A stretch of 61,767 bases of DNA, counting the filler. It is 5 parts of 5 records of this genome, joined end to end, with 100 filler letters (N's around TTAATTAATTAA, not from the genome) between each part and the next. Parts side by side here need not be neighbours in the genome. Positions count along the whole stretch, not along the records: positions 8,176 to 34,462 come from SRR31156797_905; 4 more parts are not named here. One strand, given 5' to 3'. The notes below the pieces were generated by a model. It saw only the letters and a program-made list of their open reading frames with translations. It was not told the origin of the DNA and did no database searches. Made by a program: the position numbers and the translations under genes. Below are positions 23,121 to 34,562 of this stretch, one piece after another. Every line of letters begins with the position of its first letter. Position 1 is the first letter of the stretch.

Positions 23121-24518
23121 TTATAAAATATACCGGCTTAAGTCTTCATCTTTTGCGATGGACGCAAGTTTTTCTTCCACATACGCTTCTGTGATGGTGA
23201 TTTCACCCATTTGCATCTCAGATGCTTCAAATAATAAGTCTTCAAGTAGTTTCTCTAGAATCGTATGCAAACGACGAGCACCAATATTGTCGGTATCGCG
23301 ATTCACTTGATAAGCAATTTCGGCAATTTTCTCGATAGCTTCCATCGTAAAGACTACTTTGACATTTTCGGTTCCTAACAAGGCAATGTATTGCTTGACT
23401 AAGGCATTGTTGGGCTCCGTTAAAATTTTAACAAAGTCTTCTTTTGTCAAATCATCTAGTTCCACACGAATCGGGAAACGCCCTTGCAATTCAGGGATCA
23501 GATCGCTTGGTTTCGACAGGTGGAATGCCCCAGAAGCAATAAAAAGGATATGGTCTGTTTGTAGGGTTCCGTATTTCGTATTGACTTGCGATCCTTCAAC
23601 GATCGGCAAGATATCTCTTTGCACCCCTTCACGAGAAACTTCTCCTGACTGCTGTGATTTCGAAGATACTTTGTCGATTTCATCTAGAAAAATGATGCCA
23701 CTAGATTCTGCTAAACGTAATGCTTCACTATGAATATCCGCGTCGTTGACCAGTTTTGAGGATTCTTCTTGAATCAGCAATTCTCGTGCTTCTTTTACGG
23801 TTACTGTGCGTTCAATTTTCTTTTGCGGTTTCAATGCTCCTAAGGTTTCATTCAAATCGATCCCCATTTGTTCTAAGCCATTGTTCATCATCGGTGCTTG
23901 ATTTTTCGGCTCATCGACTTGGATCGTCACTTCCCGGTTGTCTAAAAGGCCCTTTTCTAATTGCTCAAAAATGGCTTGACGGTTGCTGCGAATCTCATCC
24001 GTCAATTCTTCTTTTGGCTCTTCTGGTTGTTGTGCGGCGTTGAACATATTCATCATTTGTTCATAAGGATTGGTATTCTTTTTCTGTTCCTTTTTAATAC
24101 CAGGAACTAAGACTTTTACTAAACGACGGTTGGCTTTTTTCTCTGCTTGGATCCGCACGTTTTTATATTGTTCTTTTTTCACGATTTGGATCGCATTCTC
24201 AACGAGGTCACGTACCATCGATTCTACGTCTCGACCGACATAGCCGACTTCCGTGAATTTCGTCGCTTCTAACTTAACGAAAGGTGCATCAACGATCTTT
24301 GCTAAGCGTCGCGCAATTTCCGTTTTACCAACCCCTGTTGGTCCGATCATCAAAATATTTTTTGGTGTGACATCTTGTTGCATCTTTTCATCTAATTGCA
24401 GCCGGCGGTAGCGATTTCTCAAAGCAACAGCCACTGATTTTTTGGCGTTGGTTTGTCCAACGATGTATTCATCTAACTCTTTCACGATTTCTCGTGGTGA
24501 TTTGTTTTGGTTTGTCAT
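23121..24518 (-). CDS. hslU: ATP-dependent protease ATPase subunit HslU (ClpY)
   Basis: [34 protein letters not shown]; start reassigned to MTNQN. Confidence 0.97.
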   Translation of the reverse strand: MTNQNKSPREIVKELDEYIVGQTNAKKSVAVALRNRYRRLQLDEKMQQDVTPKNILMIGPTGVGKTEIARRLAKIVDAPFVKLEATKFTEVGYVGRDVESMVRDLVENAIQIVKKEQYKNVRIQAEKKANRRLVKVLVPGIKKEQKKNTNPYEQMMNMFNAAQQPEEPKEELTDEIRSNRQAIFEQLEKGLLDNREVTIQVDEPKNQAPMMNNGLEQMGIDLNETLGALKPQKKIERTVTVKEARELLIQEESSKLVNDADIHSEALRLAESSGIIFLDEIDKVSSKSQQSGEVSREGVQRDILPIVEGSQVNTKYGTLQTDHILFIASGAFHLSKPSDLIPELQGRFPIRVELDDLTKEDFVKILTEPNNALVKQYIALLGTENVKVVFTMEAIEKIAEIAYQVNRDTDNIGARRLHTILEKLLEDLLFEASEMQMGEITITEAYVEEKLASIAKDEDLSRYIL

Positions 24519-24532
24519 ATCGTCATCCCTCT

Positions 24533-25075
24533 TTAAAACTCTTCTACAATGATATTGTGATTCGTAAAGACACAAATGTCTGCGGCAATATTCAAGGCAC
24601 CTTCAGCAATTTCTTTGGCAGATAGTTCACCGCCATAACGTTTCATCGCACGGGCTGCTGCCAAGGCATAGTTTCCACCTGAACCGATGGCTAAGATCCC
24701 TTCATCTGGCGAAATGACTTCGCCTGTCCCAGAGACCAAAAGCATCTCCTTATCATTCATGACGATCAGCATCGCCTCTAATTTTTGCATCGACTGCTGA
24801 GTCCGCCATTCTTGTGCCAATTCTACTGCAGCTCGCTGCAAATTTCCGTTGTATTCATTTAGTTTTCCTTCAAATTTTTCTTCCAAGGTAAAGGCATCTG
24901 CCACACTGCCGGCAAAACCAACGATCACTTCACCGTTGTAAATTCGACGGACTTTCCGAGCGGTTCCTTTCATAACGACCTGTTCTCCCATCGTTACTTG
25001 TCCGTCACCGGCCATGGCAAATTTCCCATCTTTTTCAACCGCACAGATGGTGGTTGAATGAAATTCTGACTTCAT
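24533..25075 (-). CDS. hslV: ATP-dependent protease peptidase subunit HslV (ClpQ)
   Basis: [26 protein letters not shown]. Confidence 0.97.
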   Translation of the reverse strand: MKSEFHSTTICAVEKDGKFAMAGDGQVTMGEQVVMKGTARKVRRIYNGEVIVGFAGSVADAFTLEEKFEGKLNEYNGNLQRAAVELAQEWRTQQSMQKLEAMLIVMNDKEMLLVSGTGEVISPDEGILAIGSGGNYALAAARAMKRYGGELSAKEIAEGALNIAADICVFTNHNIIVEEF

Positions 25076-25097
25076 TTATGTTCCTCCTGTACCAATT

Positions 25098-25997
25098 TTA
25101 CGCGCGTGGATGAAATTGGCGATAATTTTTTTGTAAACTGTCTTTGGTGACATGCGCATAAATCTGTGTCGTCGATAGATTGGCATGCCCCAACAATTCT
25201 TGAACGGTCCGCATATCGGCGCCGTTGTTTAATAAATGGGTTGCAAACGTATGCCGAAGCATATGAGGATGGATTTTACTGTCTAAACTGCTTTTTCGAA
25301 TGATTTGATTCAAAACATATTCGATCCCAGTTGCAGTGATCCCGTCACCAAGATGATTCACGAAAAGGATCTCGTGTTCCTTGTTCTGCTTTTCCATCAG
25401 CTGTTTGCGTCCTGAGGAAAGATAGCGTTTGACTGCTGCTTGTGCGTAACTACCGAAAGGAACATAGCGATCCTTATTCCCCTTCCCATGGATCAGTAAT
25501 ACGCCACTTTCCCAATCGATTGCCCCCAGTGTGAGACTGCTGCACTCACTGACCCGCAAACCTGAACCATAAAGGACTTCTAACAATGCTTGATTGCGCT
25601 GTTGTAGTGGCTCATCGCCAGCAACACTTTGAAAGAGAGCATCCATTTCCTTCTCATAAAAAAAACGCGGCAATTTGGCGTTTTTCTTTTTTAAATGAAT
25701 GTAGGCGAAAGGATTCTCTTTGACGATCTCATGCTTGGTTAGAAACTGATAAAAAGATCGCAAACTAGCCATTTTACGACTGATGGAATTACGGCTGTAC
25801 TCTCGTTCCGTCAAATAGCTTAAATAGACGCGAACATCGCGGTATTCCACTGCTAATGGGTCTTCATTGCCAGACTCTTTTAAGAAGTGAAAAAAATCGC
25901 CCATATCTTCTTGATACGCTTTTTTTGTCTTTTCCGAATACCCTCTTTCAACAATAAGATAACGAAAAAACTCTTCTTGAAACTGATCTGTTTGCAA
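25098..25997 (-). CDS. xerC: Tyrosine recombinase XerC (CodV)
   Basis: GLRVSE, GKGNKDR, HPHMLRHTFATHLL, LLGH, TTQIY catalytic set; position upstream of hslVU-codY; probable TTG start. Confidence 0.92.
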   Translation of the reverse strand: MQTDQFQEEFFRYLIVERGYSEKTKKAYQEDMGDFFHFLKESGNEDPLAVEYRDVRVYLSYLTEREYSRNSISRKMASLRSFYQFLTKHEIVKENPFAYIHLKKKNAKLPRFFYEKEMDALFQSVAGDEPLQQRNQALLEVLYGSGLRVSECSSLTLGAIDWESGVLLIHGKGNKDRYVPFGSYAQAAVKRYLSSGRKQLMEKQNKEHEILFVNHLGDGITATGIEYVLNQIIRKSSLDSKIHPHMLRHTFATHLLNNGADMRTVQELLGHANLSTTQIYAHVTKDSLQKNYRQFHPRA

Positions 25998-26058
25998 ATT
26001 AACCCCCCTTTTCATGATTCGAAATAACTTTAGCATAGACCACAAAAAAAAACAAATG

Positions 26059-26073
26059 AATTGTCAGAATTTA
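26059..26073. promoter_or_regulatory. Possible CodY box upstream of xerC-hslVU-codY
   Basis: AATTGTCAGAATTTA versus consensus AATTTTCWGAAAATT (4 mismatches). Confidence 0.4.
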
Positions 26074-26232
26074 ATCAATATTTCAAAGTTTAGACATAAT
26101 TGTGAAAACTTTCTAAGAATCTACGTAAGATTCTTATCTTTGTTCAGAAAGATCCGTTAAATGCGCCAGAAAAACGTACCAGTCCCTCTCCTCAAAAGAA
26201 AGAGGGACTGATACGTTTCCACTTATTTGCTT

Positions 26233-27669
26233 TTATTCGATTGGATCAGTTGTTGGCTGATGCGAACCAGTGCTTTCAGATACAACCTGAACTAGCTCTT
26301 TGTTTCCTTGTTTTGTGGACATCGTGTCATTGATTAACCCAACTAAGTCTAATCCGGTTGTCTCTTTGATCGTATCAAAGGTTCGCGCTAAACCAGCTTC
26401 CCCCATTGATTGAAGACCATCATTGCCGCCAAAGCTAACCACTTTATCAATATTGCTCAGTGGCGCATTGACCTCTTTCGCGATTTCAGGCAGCACTTTG
26501 ATGAACTCCATCAAAATACCAGCTTCGTTCAGTTTGGTCAAAGCAATCGCCATCTTTTCACGGCTTTCCGCTTCGGCTTGACCGACTTTTGCGATCCGTT
26601 CCGCGTCGGCACTACCTAGTTTTTCAATTCGTTCGGCTTCTGCTTGGGCAGCTAATTTGACTTTTTCCGCTTCCGCTTGTGCTCGTGCGATTTCTCTTGC
26701 TTTGTCTGCTAAAGCGTTTTGTTCAACCACATATTTATCCGCTTCGGCTTTTTTACGGACAGTTGCATTCAATTCTTTTTCCGTCAATTCCGCTTGTTTT
26801 TCTTGAATCTCGATATTTTTTTCTTGTTCGATCAATTGAACTTTCATTTGTTCGCCGACCGCGATCTGTTCCGCTTTCGCATCCGCAACTTCGCGTTCTT
26901 GTTTGTATTGTGCTTGTTTCAATGCCATATCTTTTGTCGCTTCTGCAATTTCTGTTTGGCGACGGATCTCTTCATGCTGTGCCAATTGCTCATTCTCAGC
27001 TTGCTTGATTCGAGTTTCTCTTAAGGCATTGGATTCCGCTACTTCGGCATTTTTTTTCACTTCAGCAATCTGAGGGCGTCCTAACGCATCCAAGTAGCCA
27101 TTGCTGTCGCTGACATCTTTGATCGTAAACGAAACGATCTCCAACCCCATTTTCTTCAAATCCGTAGAGGCAACTTCTTGCACTTGTTCCGCAAAATCAT
27201 CGCGGTTTTTATAGATGGCTTCTACCGTCATCGTTCCTAGAATCGCCCGTAAGTGACCTTCTAAGACTTCTTGGGCTTCATCTTCCAATTCACCTGTGGA
27301 TTTGCCTAAGTATTGCTCAGCAGCTGTCTTGATCGACTCGGTACTGTTGCCGACCTTTACAAGCACCGTCGCACTGGCTTTGATCGGTACGCCTTGTTCC
27401 GTATAAACTTCTGGTGTCCCAATCTCTAACTTGTGGGTCAATAAACTTAATTTATGGGCTTTTTGAACAATAGGAATCACAAACGTCCCACTGTTTTTTA
27501 AGATTTTGATGCCTTCTTTTCCTAAAAACGACCCCGTAACGATCAATGCTTCATCGGGTTTCCCAATGCGATAGCGTATCATCAAAAAAGCGATCAATAA
27601 AACAACGAGGACAACACCCCATAAAATCGGATTACTTAAAAAATCTACTGCTGATCCTGTATCCACCAT
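26233..27669 (-). CDS. Flotillin (SPFH/band 7) family protein, FloT/YuaG-like
   Basis: N-terminal TM, PDEALIVTG, EVYTEQGVP, EGHLRAILG, GYLDALG and AE-rich coiled coil. Confidence 0.92.
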   Translation of the reverse strand: MVDTGSAVDFLSNPILWGVVLVVLLIAFLMIRYRIGKPDEALIVTGSFLGKEGIKILKNSGTFVIPIVQKAHKLSLLTHKLEIGTPEVYTEQGVPIKASATVLVKVGNSTESIKTAAEQYLGKSTGELEDEAQEVLEGHLRAILGTMTVEAIYKNRDDFAEQVQEVASTDLKKMGLEIVSFTIKDVSDSNGYLDALGRPQIAEVKKNAEVAESNALRETRIKQAENEQLAQHEEIRRQTEIAEATKDMALKQAQYKQEREVADAKAEQIAVGEQMKVQLIEQEKNIEIQEKQAELTEKELNATVRKKAEADKYVVEQNALADKAREIARAQAEAEKVKLAAQAEAERIEKLGSADAERIAKVGQAEAESREKMAIALTKLNEAGILMEFIKVLPEIAKEVNAPLSNIDKVVSFGGNDGLQSMGEAGLARTFDTIKETTGLDLVGLINDTMSTKQGNKELVQVVSESTGSHQPTTDPIE

Positions 27670-27682
27670 AACGTAACACTTC

Positions 27683-28117
27683 CTATTCTATAAAATTTTT
27701 ACTTTCCACCACCAACGCGATCCCTTTTTTATCAAAATCGACAATGATGACTTTGGTTCCGACTGGCAATCGAACATTGTTTTCACGATCTTCTTCCCGA
27801 AAAAAACGTGCAGGATAAACAGAACGTGCACCTTGACTCCCTATCTCCATGACTTCGCCGATTGTATCTCCGACAATCTTTTCCGTCAGTTCACCGATCA
27901 CAAAATCATTGCGACTAATGACATTGCTGCGGTTTTTGTCTGTGATGCGATTGTAAAGCCACATAATGGGACCTAACAGCAAACTAAATAAAACAAAGAC
28001 AACGAAAATGACCCCGACCAACAGGATCAGCCATCCTAAAAATTGAATTACTGTAGGAAAACGCTGTAAATAGTTTTGAATCAAATGAATCCATTCTCCA
28101 ATCACCATCTTCACCAC
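27683..28117 (-). CDS. NfeD-like (YuaF-type) membrane protein with C-terminal OB fold
   Basis: One long TM helix then IGELTEKI..IGEVM..YPAR..LPVGTKVIIVDF pattern; directly upstream of flotillin. Confidence 0.6.
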   Translation of the reverse strand: MVKMVIGEWIHLIQNYLQRFPTVIQFLGWLILLVGVIFVVFVLFSLLLGPIMWLYNRITDKNRSNVISRNDFVIGELTEKIVGDTIGEVMEIGSQGARSVYPARFFREEDRENNVRLPVGTKVIIVDFDKKGIALVVESKNFIE

Positions 28118-28138
28118 CTTCTGTCATTGTTACTGTCT

Positions 28139-28167
28139 ATCATAAGTCACCTTGATTAAAGTTTCAA
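28139..28167 (-). promoter_or_regulatory. sigmaA-type promoter for the NfeD-like/flotillin pair
   Basis: Minus strand TTGAAA-N17-TATGAT, just after the trmFO terminator hairpin (28183-28212). Confidence 0.55.
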
Positions 28168-28227
28168 GACAAATTAAAAAAAAACCTTCTTACCATTTAT
28201 TAGTAAGAAGGTGATGACTCATCGCTC

Positions 28228-29529
28228 TTATAGTTGTTCTTTGGCTTCTTCTAAGGCAGCTAATGCCCGGTTTGCCAATGCTTCATAACGAGATTTTTTA
28301 TCTCTGATTCGTTCTGGAAGTTCTGGCAGCAAACCAAAGTTGGCATTCATCGGTTGGAAGTGTTTGCCTTCTGCATGAGTGATATAATACGCCATACTGC
28401 CAATTGTCGTCTCTTGTGGCATAATGATCGGCGCTTCCCCTTTTGCAAGTTTGGCAGCGTTGATCCCGGCCATCAATCCACTGGCTGCACTTTCAACATA
28501 CCCTTCAACGCCTGTCATCTGACCAGCAAAAAAGAGGTCTTCACGTTTTTTCGATTGGTACGTTTGTTGTAACAACTCTGGTGAATTCATAAAACTATTC
28601 CGATGCATCACGCCGTAGCGCACAAATTCTGCCTCTTCCAAACCAGGGATCATCCGGAATACCCGCTTTTGCTCGCCCCATTTCAAATGTGTTTGAAAAC
28701 CAACGATGTTGTACAGAGAAGCAGCTGCATTGTCTTGCCGCAGCTGAATCACTGCATAAGGACGCTTGCCGGTTTTCGGATCTTCCAAACCAACGGGTTT
28801 CATCGGACCAAACAACATAGTTTTCGGTCCACGGCCAGCCATAACTTCGATTGGCATACATCCTTCAAAGAATTTTTCTTTTTCGAATTCTTTCAAAGGG
28901 GCCACTTCCGCATTGACTAAAGCTTCACGAAACGCATAAAACTCCTCTTCGTTCATTGGACAGTTCAGATAGGCTGCTTCGCCTTTGTCGTAGCGTGATT
29001 TCAAATAAACTTTATCCATATTGATGGTGGATTTATCGACGATCGGTGCTGCTGCGTCATAGAAATAAAATCCTTCTGATCCGTTAAAAGCTTGGATCGC
29101 TTTTGATAAAGGTTCAGAAGTCAAAGGTCCAGTTGCAATCACGGTAATCCCTTCTGGAATTTCAGTGATCTCCTCTTCGATGACAGTGACTAAAGGATGT
29201 TCTTTTACACGTTTGGTTACTAACTCTGAGAAATCATCACGATCCACAGCTAAAGCACCCCCTGCTGGAACAGCTGTTTTGTCTGCAGAGGTAATAATGA
29301 CTGAATCTAAGCGGCGCATTTCTTCTTTCAAAACACCGACCGCATTCGTTAAATTGTTGCCCCGAAGTGAATTCGTACAAACAAGTTCAGCAAAATTATT
29401 TGTGTGATGGGCTTCTGTCGATTTCTTAGGACGCATTTCATAAAGCTTTACTGCGACACCTGCTTGCGCTGCTTGCCAAGCAGCTTCGCTTCCGGCTAAA
29501 CCGGCACCAATAACATTGATTTCTTTCAT
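28228..29529 (-). CDS. trmFO: Folate/FAD-dependent tRNA (uracil-54) methyltransferase
   Basis: [46 protein letters not shown]. Confidence 0.96.
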   Translation of the reverse strand: MKEINVIGAGLAGSEAAWQAAQAGVAVKLYEMRPKKSTEAHHTNNFAELVCTNSLRGNNLTNAVGVLKEEMRRLDSVIITSADKTAVPAGGALAVDRDDFSELVTKRVKEHPLVTVIEEEITEIPEGITVIATGPLTSEPLSKAIQAFNGSEGFYFYDAAAPIVDKSTINMDKVYLKSRYDKGEAAYLNCPMNEEEFYAFREALVNAEVAPLKEFEKEKFFEGCMPIEVMAGRGPKTMLFGPMKPVGLEDPKTGKRPYAVIQLRQDNAAASLYNIVGFQTHLKWGEQKRVFRMIPGLEEAEFVRYGVMHRNSFMNSPELLQQTYQSKKREDLFFAGQMTGVEGYVESAASGLMAGINAAKLAKGEAPIIMPQETTIGSMAYYITHAEGKHFQPMNANFGLLPELPERIRDKKSRYEALANRALAALEEAKEQL

Positions 29530-29681
29530 AGTGCTCTCCTTTTATTTCAAAAGCTCGCCTCTTCTCATAAGAAACTGCTTGTATTAATCAAAAGGACCGG
29601 CACTTTCTTTTGTCAGCCAACATCGAGGCTGACCGTTCAAAAGAATGCGCCGATTCTTTTTTTAACAGGGAATCCTGCTAG

Positions 29682-31760
29682 TTATTTTTGCACATTTTCT
29701 TCATAGTCCCCATTGATACACACGACTTGCTTGCCGCCTTTGACTTTCTTCTCGACTAAGTAATTATCACATTTCGGACAATTACGGCCTACAGGTTTGT
29801 CCCAAGAAGTAAAGTCACAGTCCGGATAGCGGGTACATCCATAAAACAACCGATTTTTTTTCGATTTGCGTTCAACAACTTGGCCTTGGTGACAGACCGG
29901 GCACTCAACGCCGATTTCTTTGACGATTGGTTTCGTGTTGCGACAGTCAGGGAAATTGCTGCAGGCATAAAATTTTCCGTAGCGACCTAATTTGATCACC
30001 ATTGGATGGCCACAAAGGTCACAGTCAAAGCCTGCAGGTTCGTCTTTGATTTGGATTTTTTCGATACTTTCTTCTGCGGTCGTCAATTCTTTTTCAAAGG
30101 GACGGTAGAATTGATCGACGACTTTGACCCATTCTTCTTTCCCAGCTTCAATGCTATCCAAGCTATTTTCCATTTCAGCAGTAAAATGCATATCAACGAT
30201 TTGCGGGAAGAATTCCTCGATCAATGAATTGACGATCTCACCAAGTTCAGTTGGCTCAAAACGTTTTTGTGTCAATTTCACATAATAACGTCGTTGGATT
30301 GTTTCCAACGTTGGTGCATAAGTTGAAGGACGACCCACACCGTTCTCTTCAAGGGTTTTGATCAAGGTGGCCTCACTGTAGCGGGCAGGTGGTTGAGTGA
30401 AATGCTGTTTTGGTTCGATCGATACGGATTGGACCACATCTCCTTCAACTAACTCTGGCAAAATGTTCTCTTTGTCTTCTTTGCCATCATCGCGCCCTTC
30501 CACATAGACCTGCATAAACCCTTTAAATTTGATCTTTGAACCATTGGCAATAAAGATGACACCATTTTGATCCAAGGTAACTTTCATTGTATCCAAAATC
30601 GCCGGCGTCATTTGACTAGCCACAAAGCGAGACCAGATCAAGCGATACAGTTTCAGTTGGTCTTTGTCTAAGAATTTCTCCATGGCTTCTGGCGTACGCA
30701 TCACACTTGTTGGTCTTACCGCTTCATGGGCATCTTGTGCCCCTTGTGCATTCGCGCGTTTTTTGCCACCGTGCGCCGAGAACTCTGAACCATAAGTACT
30801 TTCAATAAATTCGGCCGCTTCGCCTTTGGCTGTGTCTGCGATTCGGGTCGAATCGGTACGCATATAGGTGATCAAACCAACGGTTCCTTGTTTACCAAGA
30901 GCGATCCCTTCATAGAGCTGCTGTGCGACCATCATGGTTTTCCGCGTTCGAAAGTTCAGTTTACGGGCTGCTTCTTGTTGCAAGCTACTGGTGGTAAACG
31001 GTGCCGCCGGGTTGCGTTTGCGTTCTTTCTTTTCAACCTTCGTCACTTGAAACTCTTTACTAGAAAGACGATCGGTGATTTCTTTTATGCTTTCAGCATT
31101 CGGTAATTTTTTCTTTTTGCCATCTAGGCCCCAAAAATTGGCTTTGAATTTTTTCGTGGCTTTTTTAAAGTTCCCATCGATGCTCCAATATTCTTCAGGA
31201 ACAAACTCACGGATCTCTTTTTCACGATCTATAATAATCTTAAGCGCCACCGATTGAACACGGCCAGCACTCAAGCCTTTTTTCACTTTACGCCAAAGGA
31301 TCGGGCTCAATGAATACCCCACCAATCGATCTAAAATCCGGCGCGCTTGTTGAGCGTCAACGAGATCTACATCGATCGTTCTTGGTTCTTTGAAAGCTGC
31401 CTTGACCGCATCCTTAGTGATCTCATTAAAGACGACTCGGTTTTTATCTTTTAAATCTAACCCTAGTAGAAAAGCTAAATGCCACGCAATAGCTTCTCCT
31501 TCTCTATCCGGGTCACTTGCGAGGTAGACTTTTTCGGCTTTTTTCGCAGCTGAGCGGAGACTTTTGATCACATCGCCCTTGCCACGGATCGAAATGTAAT
31601 GCGGTTCGTAGTCATTTTCGACATCAATTCCCATTTTACTTTTAGGAAGATCACGAATATGACCGACACTTGCGACGACTTTGTAATTTCGTCCAAGGTA
31701 TTTTTCAATGGTTTTCGCCTTTGCCGGCGATTCCACGATTACTAAATATTTATATGCCAT
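29682..31760 (-). CDS. topA: DNA topoisomerase I
   Basis: [35 protein letters not shown]-terminal Zn ribbons. Confidence 0.97.
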   Translation of the reverse strand: MAYKYLVIVESPAKAKTIEKYLGRNYKVVASVGHIRDLPKSKMGIDVENDYEPHYISIRGKGDVIKSLRSAAKKAEKVYLASDPDREGEAIAWHLAFLLGLDLKDKNRVVFNEITKDAVKAAFKEPRTIDVDLVDAQQARRILDRLVGYSLSPILWRKVKKGLSAGRVQSVALKIIIDREKEIREFVPEEYWSIDGNFKKATKKFKANFWGLDGKKKKLPNAESIKEITDRLSSKEFQVTKVEKKERKRNPAAPFTTSSLQQEAARKLNFRTRKTMMVAQQLYEGIALGKQGTVGLITYMRTDSTRIADTAKGEAAEFIESTYGSEFSAHGGKKRANAQGAQDAHEAVRPTSVMRTPEAMEKFLDKDQLKLYRLIWSRFVASQMTPAILDTMKVTLDQNGVIFIANGSKIKFKGFMQVYVEGRDDGKEDKENILPELVEGDVVQSVSIEPKQHFTQPPARYSEATLIKTLEENGVGRPSTYAPTLETIQRRYYVKLTQKRFEPTELGEIVNSLIEEFFPQIVDMHFTAEMENSLDSIEAGKEEWVKVVDQFYRPFEKELTTAEESIEKIQIKDEPAGFDCDLCGHPMVIKLGRYGKFYACSNFPDCRNTKPIVKEIGVECPVCHQGQVVERKSKKNRLFYGCTRYPDCDFTSWDKPVGRNCPKCDNYLVEKKVKGGKQVVCINGDYEENVQK

Positions 31761-31902
31761 ATAAAGAATGGCTCCTTCCTGAATTTTTCCTACTATTATA
31801 TTCTATCAATCAGTGAACCTATCGTATGCAGATGAAACATACAAATCGTAGCTTATCATAGCTTTCAAGAAAAGGTTTGTCAAGGAAGGTTGATTGGAAA
31901 AA

Positions 31903-32781
31903 TCAAAAAAAGGCTAACTCCTGTAAAATATCTGACACACTAATCGTACATTTTGCGCCATCTTGAATCAAGTGGTGACAACCTTTTGACTGATCGGAAA
32001 TCATTTCACCAGGCACTGCAAAAACTTCTCGGCCATTTTCCATTGCTAATTGTGCCCTAATCAAAGAACCGCTTCTTTCTTTAGCTTCAATCACACAGAT
32101 TGCTTTTGAAATACCGGCAATGATGCGATTGCGTAAGGGGAAGTGATGTCTTTGCGGTTTGGTGTCGTGAGAATATTCACTCAGTACTAGATGTTCTTGA
32201 CGAATCTGCTGGAACAACGGATACGCAGAAGTAGGATAACAATGTTCCAAACCAGAAGCAATCACGGCAATGGTTTGTCCCCGATTTCTGATGGCTGATT
32301 CATGGGCAAAACTGTCGACGCCATTTGCTAATCCACTGACGATCGTATAGTTTTCTGTCACTAAAGGCGGGATCAGCTTTTCGCAAACTTTACGCGCGTA
32401 GCGAGAAGCTGTTCTTGCGCCGACAAATCCAATCATGGGCGTTTGCAACAATTGCAGATTTCCTTCGTAAAATAGTAATAATGGTGGGTCCGCAATTTGT
32501 CTTAAAAGCATCGGATACTCCGCTGAAAAGAAGGTGAGGTAGTTTTGTCCCCCCATCTTTTGTGTGATATGCTCTTCTGTCATTTGCTCCCACGATCGGC
32601 GAAAGACCGTCCTATGCTGTGGAAGGACGCCGATGGCAATCATCTCTTCCAACGAACAACGCATTTCTTTTGTTTCCAGCCAATGCCAAATAATCTTCCA
32701 GCAACCTTGCAGACCGATTCCCTGACAGTAGTACAGTTTTATCAACTGTTTTTCAAAATCTGTTGCTTGTTGATATTTCAT
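31903..32781 (-). CDS. dprA: DNA-processing protein DprA
   Basis: YP.LLRQI.DPP, VGAR, VSGLANGVD, FPLRNRIIAG, GREVFAVPG. Confidence 0.93.
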   Translation of the reverse strand: MKYQQATDFEKQLIKLYYCQGIGLQGCWKIIWHWLETKEMRCSLEEMIAIGVLPQHRTVFRRSWEQMTEEHITQKMGGQNYLTFFSAEYPMLLRQIADPPLLLFYEGNLQLLQTPMIGFVGARTASRYARKVCEKLIPPLVTENYTIVSGLANGVDSFAHESAIRNRGQTIAVIASGLEHCYPTSAYPLFQQIRQEHLVLSEYSHDTKPQRHHFPLRNRIIAGISKAICVIEAKERSGSLIRAQLAMENGREVFAVPGEMISDQSKGCHHLIQDGAKCTISVSDILQELAFF

Positions 32782-32849
32782 AAACAAAGCCCTCTTTTCT
32801 TAGTGATCTTACTTATAAGATTCGCTAAAAAAAGAGGGTTGGATGAAAT

Positions 32850-33614
32850 TTATAGGTATTGTTTAACTGGGGCAAAGGTTTTTCGATGAATAGGGCAAAT
32901 TCCATGGGCAGCTAACCCTTCTAAATGAACTTTGGTCCCATACCCAGCATTTTGATCAAACCCATAAAAAGGATACACATCATGAAAATCTTTCATTAAA
33001 TTGTCACGATAGACTTTGGCAATGATACTTGCTGCGGCAATCGAAATGGAGCGGGCATCGCCTTTGATCAAGCTTTGTTGAGGGATGTCGGTCTCGATGG
33101 TCATCGCATCAATGAGCAAATGTTCCGGCTTGACCGCTAAGTCGATCAAAGCTTCTTTCATCGCCAGGCGGCTCGCTTGATAGATATTTATCCGATCGAT
33201 TTCTTCAGGACTAACCACACCGATACCGACAGCCACGGCTTTATTTTGAATTTCGATAAACAGTTCTTCTCTTTTCTTCGCAGAAAGCTGTTTTGAATCA
33301 TTCAGACCTAAGATCTGACATTCTTTAGGCAGAATGACCGCAGCTGACACCACGGGTCCTGCTAATGGTCCACGCCCCACTTCATCTAAACCGGCGATAA
33401 AACGGGCACCTTGTTGAAATGCTTCGTTTTCAAAACGCATCATTTCTTCGTATTTCTCCTGCAAAAGCTGCTGTTTAACTAATTGTTTCTCATATTGTTG
33501 CAGTAGCTTTTGGACCCCCGCGCGTTCATCTGCCTGCAATTCCTGTAAAAATGCCAGGTCATTAAATGTTGGATCAAATAATCGCTCTTTGATTGACTTA
33601 ATCGGTTGTTTCAT
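32850..33614 (-). CDS. rnhB: Ribonuclease HII
   Basis: GLDEVGRGPLAGPVV, LNDSK, LIDAM, KGDA, AASIIAKVYRD. Confidence 0.96.
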   Translation of the reverse strand: MKQPIKSIKERLFDPTFNDLAFLQELQADERAGVQKLLQQYEKQLVKQQLLQEKYEEMMRFENEAFQQGARFIAGLDEVGRGPLAGPVVSAAVILPKECQILGLNDSKQLSAKKREELFIEIQNKAVAVGIGVVSPEEIDRINIYQASRLAMKEALIDLAVKPEHLLIDAMTIETDIPQQSLIKGDARSISIAAASIIAKVYRDNLMKDFHDVYPFYGFDQNAGYGTKVHLEGLAAHGICPIHRKTFAPVKQYL

Positions 33615-34462
33615 CTTGGCTTTCCATTTCCTCCACTCGATCTAGTGTATAACGGCCTAATTTTCCTTGCCGAATGTCAAAGACAACAAGCTCGCTTCCT
33701 CGATCATAGTTATCTTTATACCCACGTTTTTCAGTGATTTTCATCAACAGGTCTGGCGCTAACAACGCCTCTTCCTCCGCCTTTAGTTGGTAACGATTGG
33801 CGATTCTTTCAGGATAATAACGGGCAAAAAAATCAAGTCCATACAATGCGATATCATCCAAATGGATCAGCTGATCTTTAATAGCCCCCGTCAATGCCAA
33901 TTTTTTACCAATCTCAGGATCTTCAAATTTTGGCCATAAGATCCCAGGCGTATCTAGCAGCTCTAGATCAGTCCCAAAACGCAGCCATTGCTGTCCTTTG
34001 GTCACGCCGGGTTTATTACCCGTCTGAGCAATTTTCTTCCCTACTAAACGGTTCATCAAGGTTGATTTTCCGACATTCGGAATGCCAATCACCATCGCTC
34101 GAATCGCACGGGGCTTCAATCCTCTGGCTTTGTCACGAGCGATTTTTTCCTTCAAGACTTGCTTAGCCGTCGGGACAATGGCTTTGACGCCTTGATTGTC
34201 TTGGGCGTTGATCGCCAAGGCTAAATAGCCTTGTGCTTGGAAATAATGCTCCCATTTTTTGGTTTGAACGGGATCTGCTAAATCCGCTTTATTGATCAAG
34301 ATCAATCGTGGTTTTTGCTGTAATAATTGGTCCAGCATGGGGTTGCGGGATGAGATCGGCAAACGTGCGTCCACGAGTTCAAAAACGATATCCACGAATT
34401 TTAATTTTTCACTTACTTCACGTCTGGCTTTCGCCATATGGCCTGGAAACCATTGAATGGTC
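33598..34462 (-). CDS. rbgA: Ribosome biogenesis GTPase RbgA/YlqF (start codon cut at contig edge)
   Basis: TIQWFPGHMAKA readable to the contig end; DARLP, NKADL, GIPNVGKS, DTPG. Confidence 0.96.
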
Positions 34463-34562
34463 NNNNNNNNNNNNNNNNNNNNNNNNNNNNNNNNNNNNNN
34501 NNNNNNTTAATTAATTAANNNNNNNNNNNNNNNNNNNNNNNNNNNNNNNNNNNNNNNNNNNN
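34463..34562. other. Artificial contig spacer
   Basis: N44-TTAATTAATTAA-N44. Confidence 0.99.

Noticed and set aside
25098-25997. Tyrosine recombinase as a prophage/island integrase
   Set aside because: Sequence and position upstream of hslVU-codY identify housekeeping XerC/CodV.
28139-28167. sigmaW/ECF promoter (TGAAAC) for flotillin
   Set aside because: No CGTA-like -10 at N16; it fits sigmaA TTGAAA-N17-TATGAT better.
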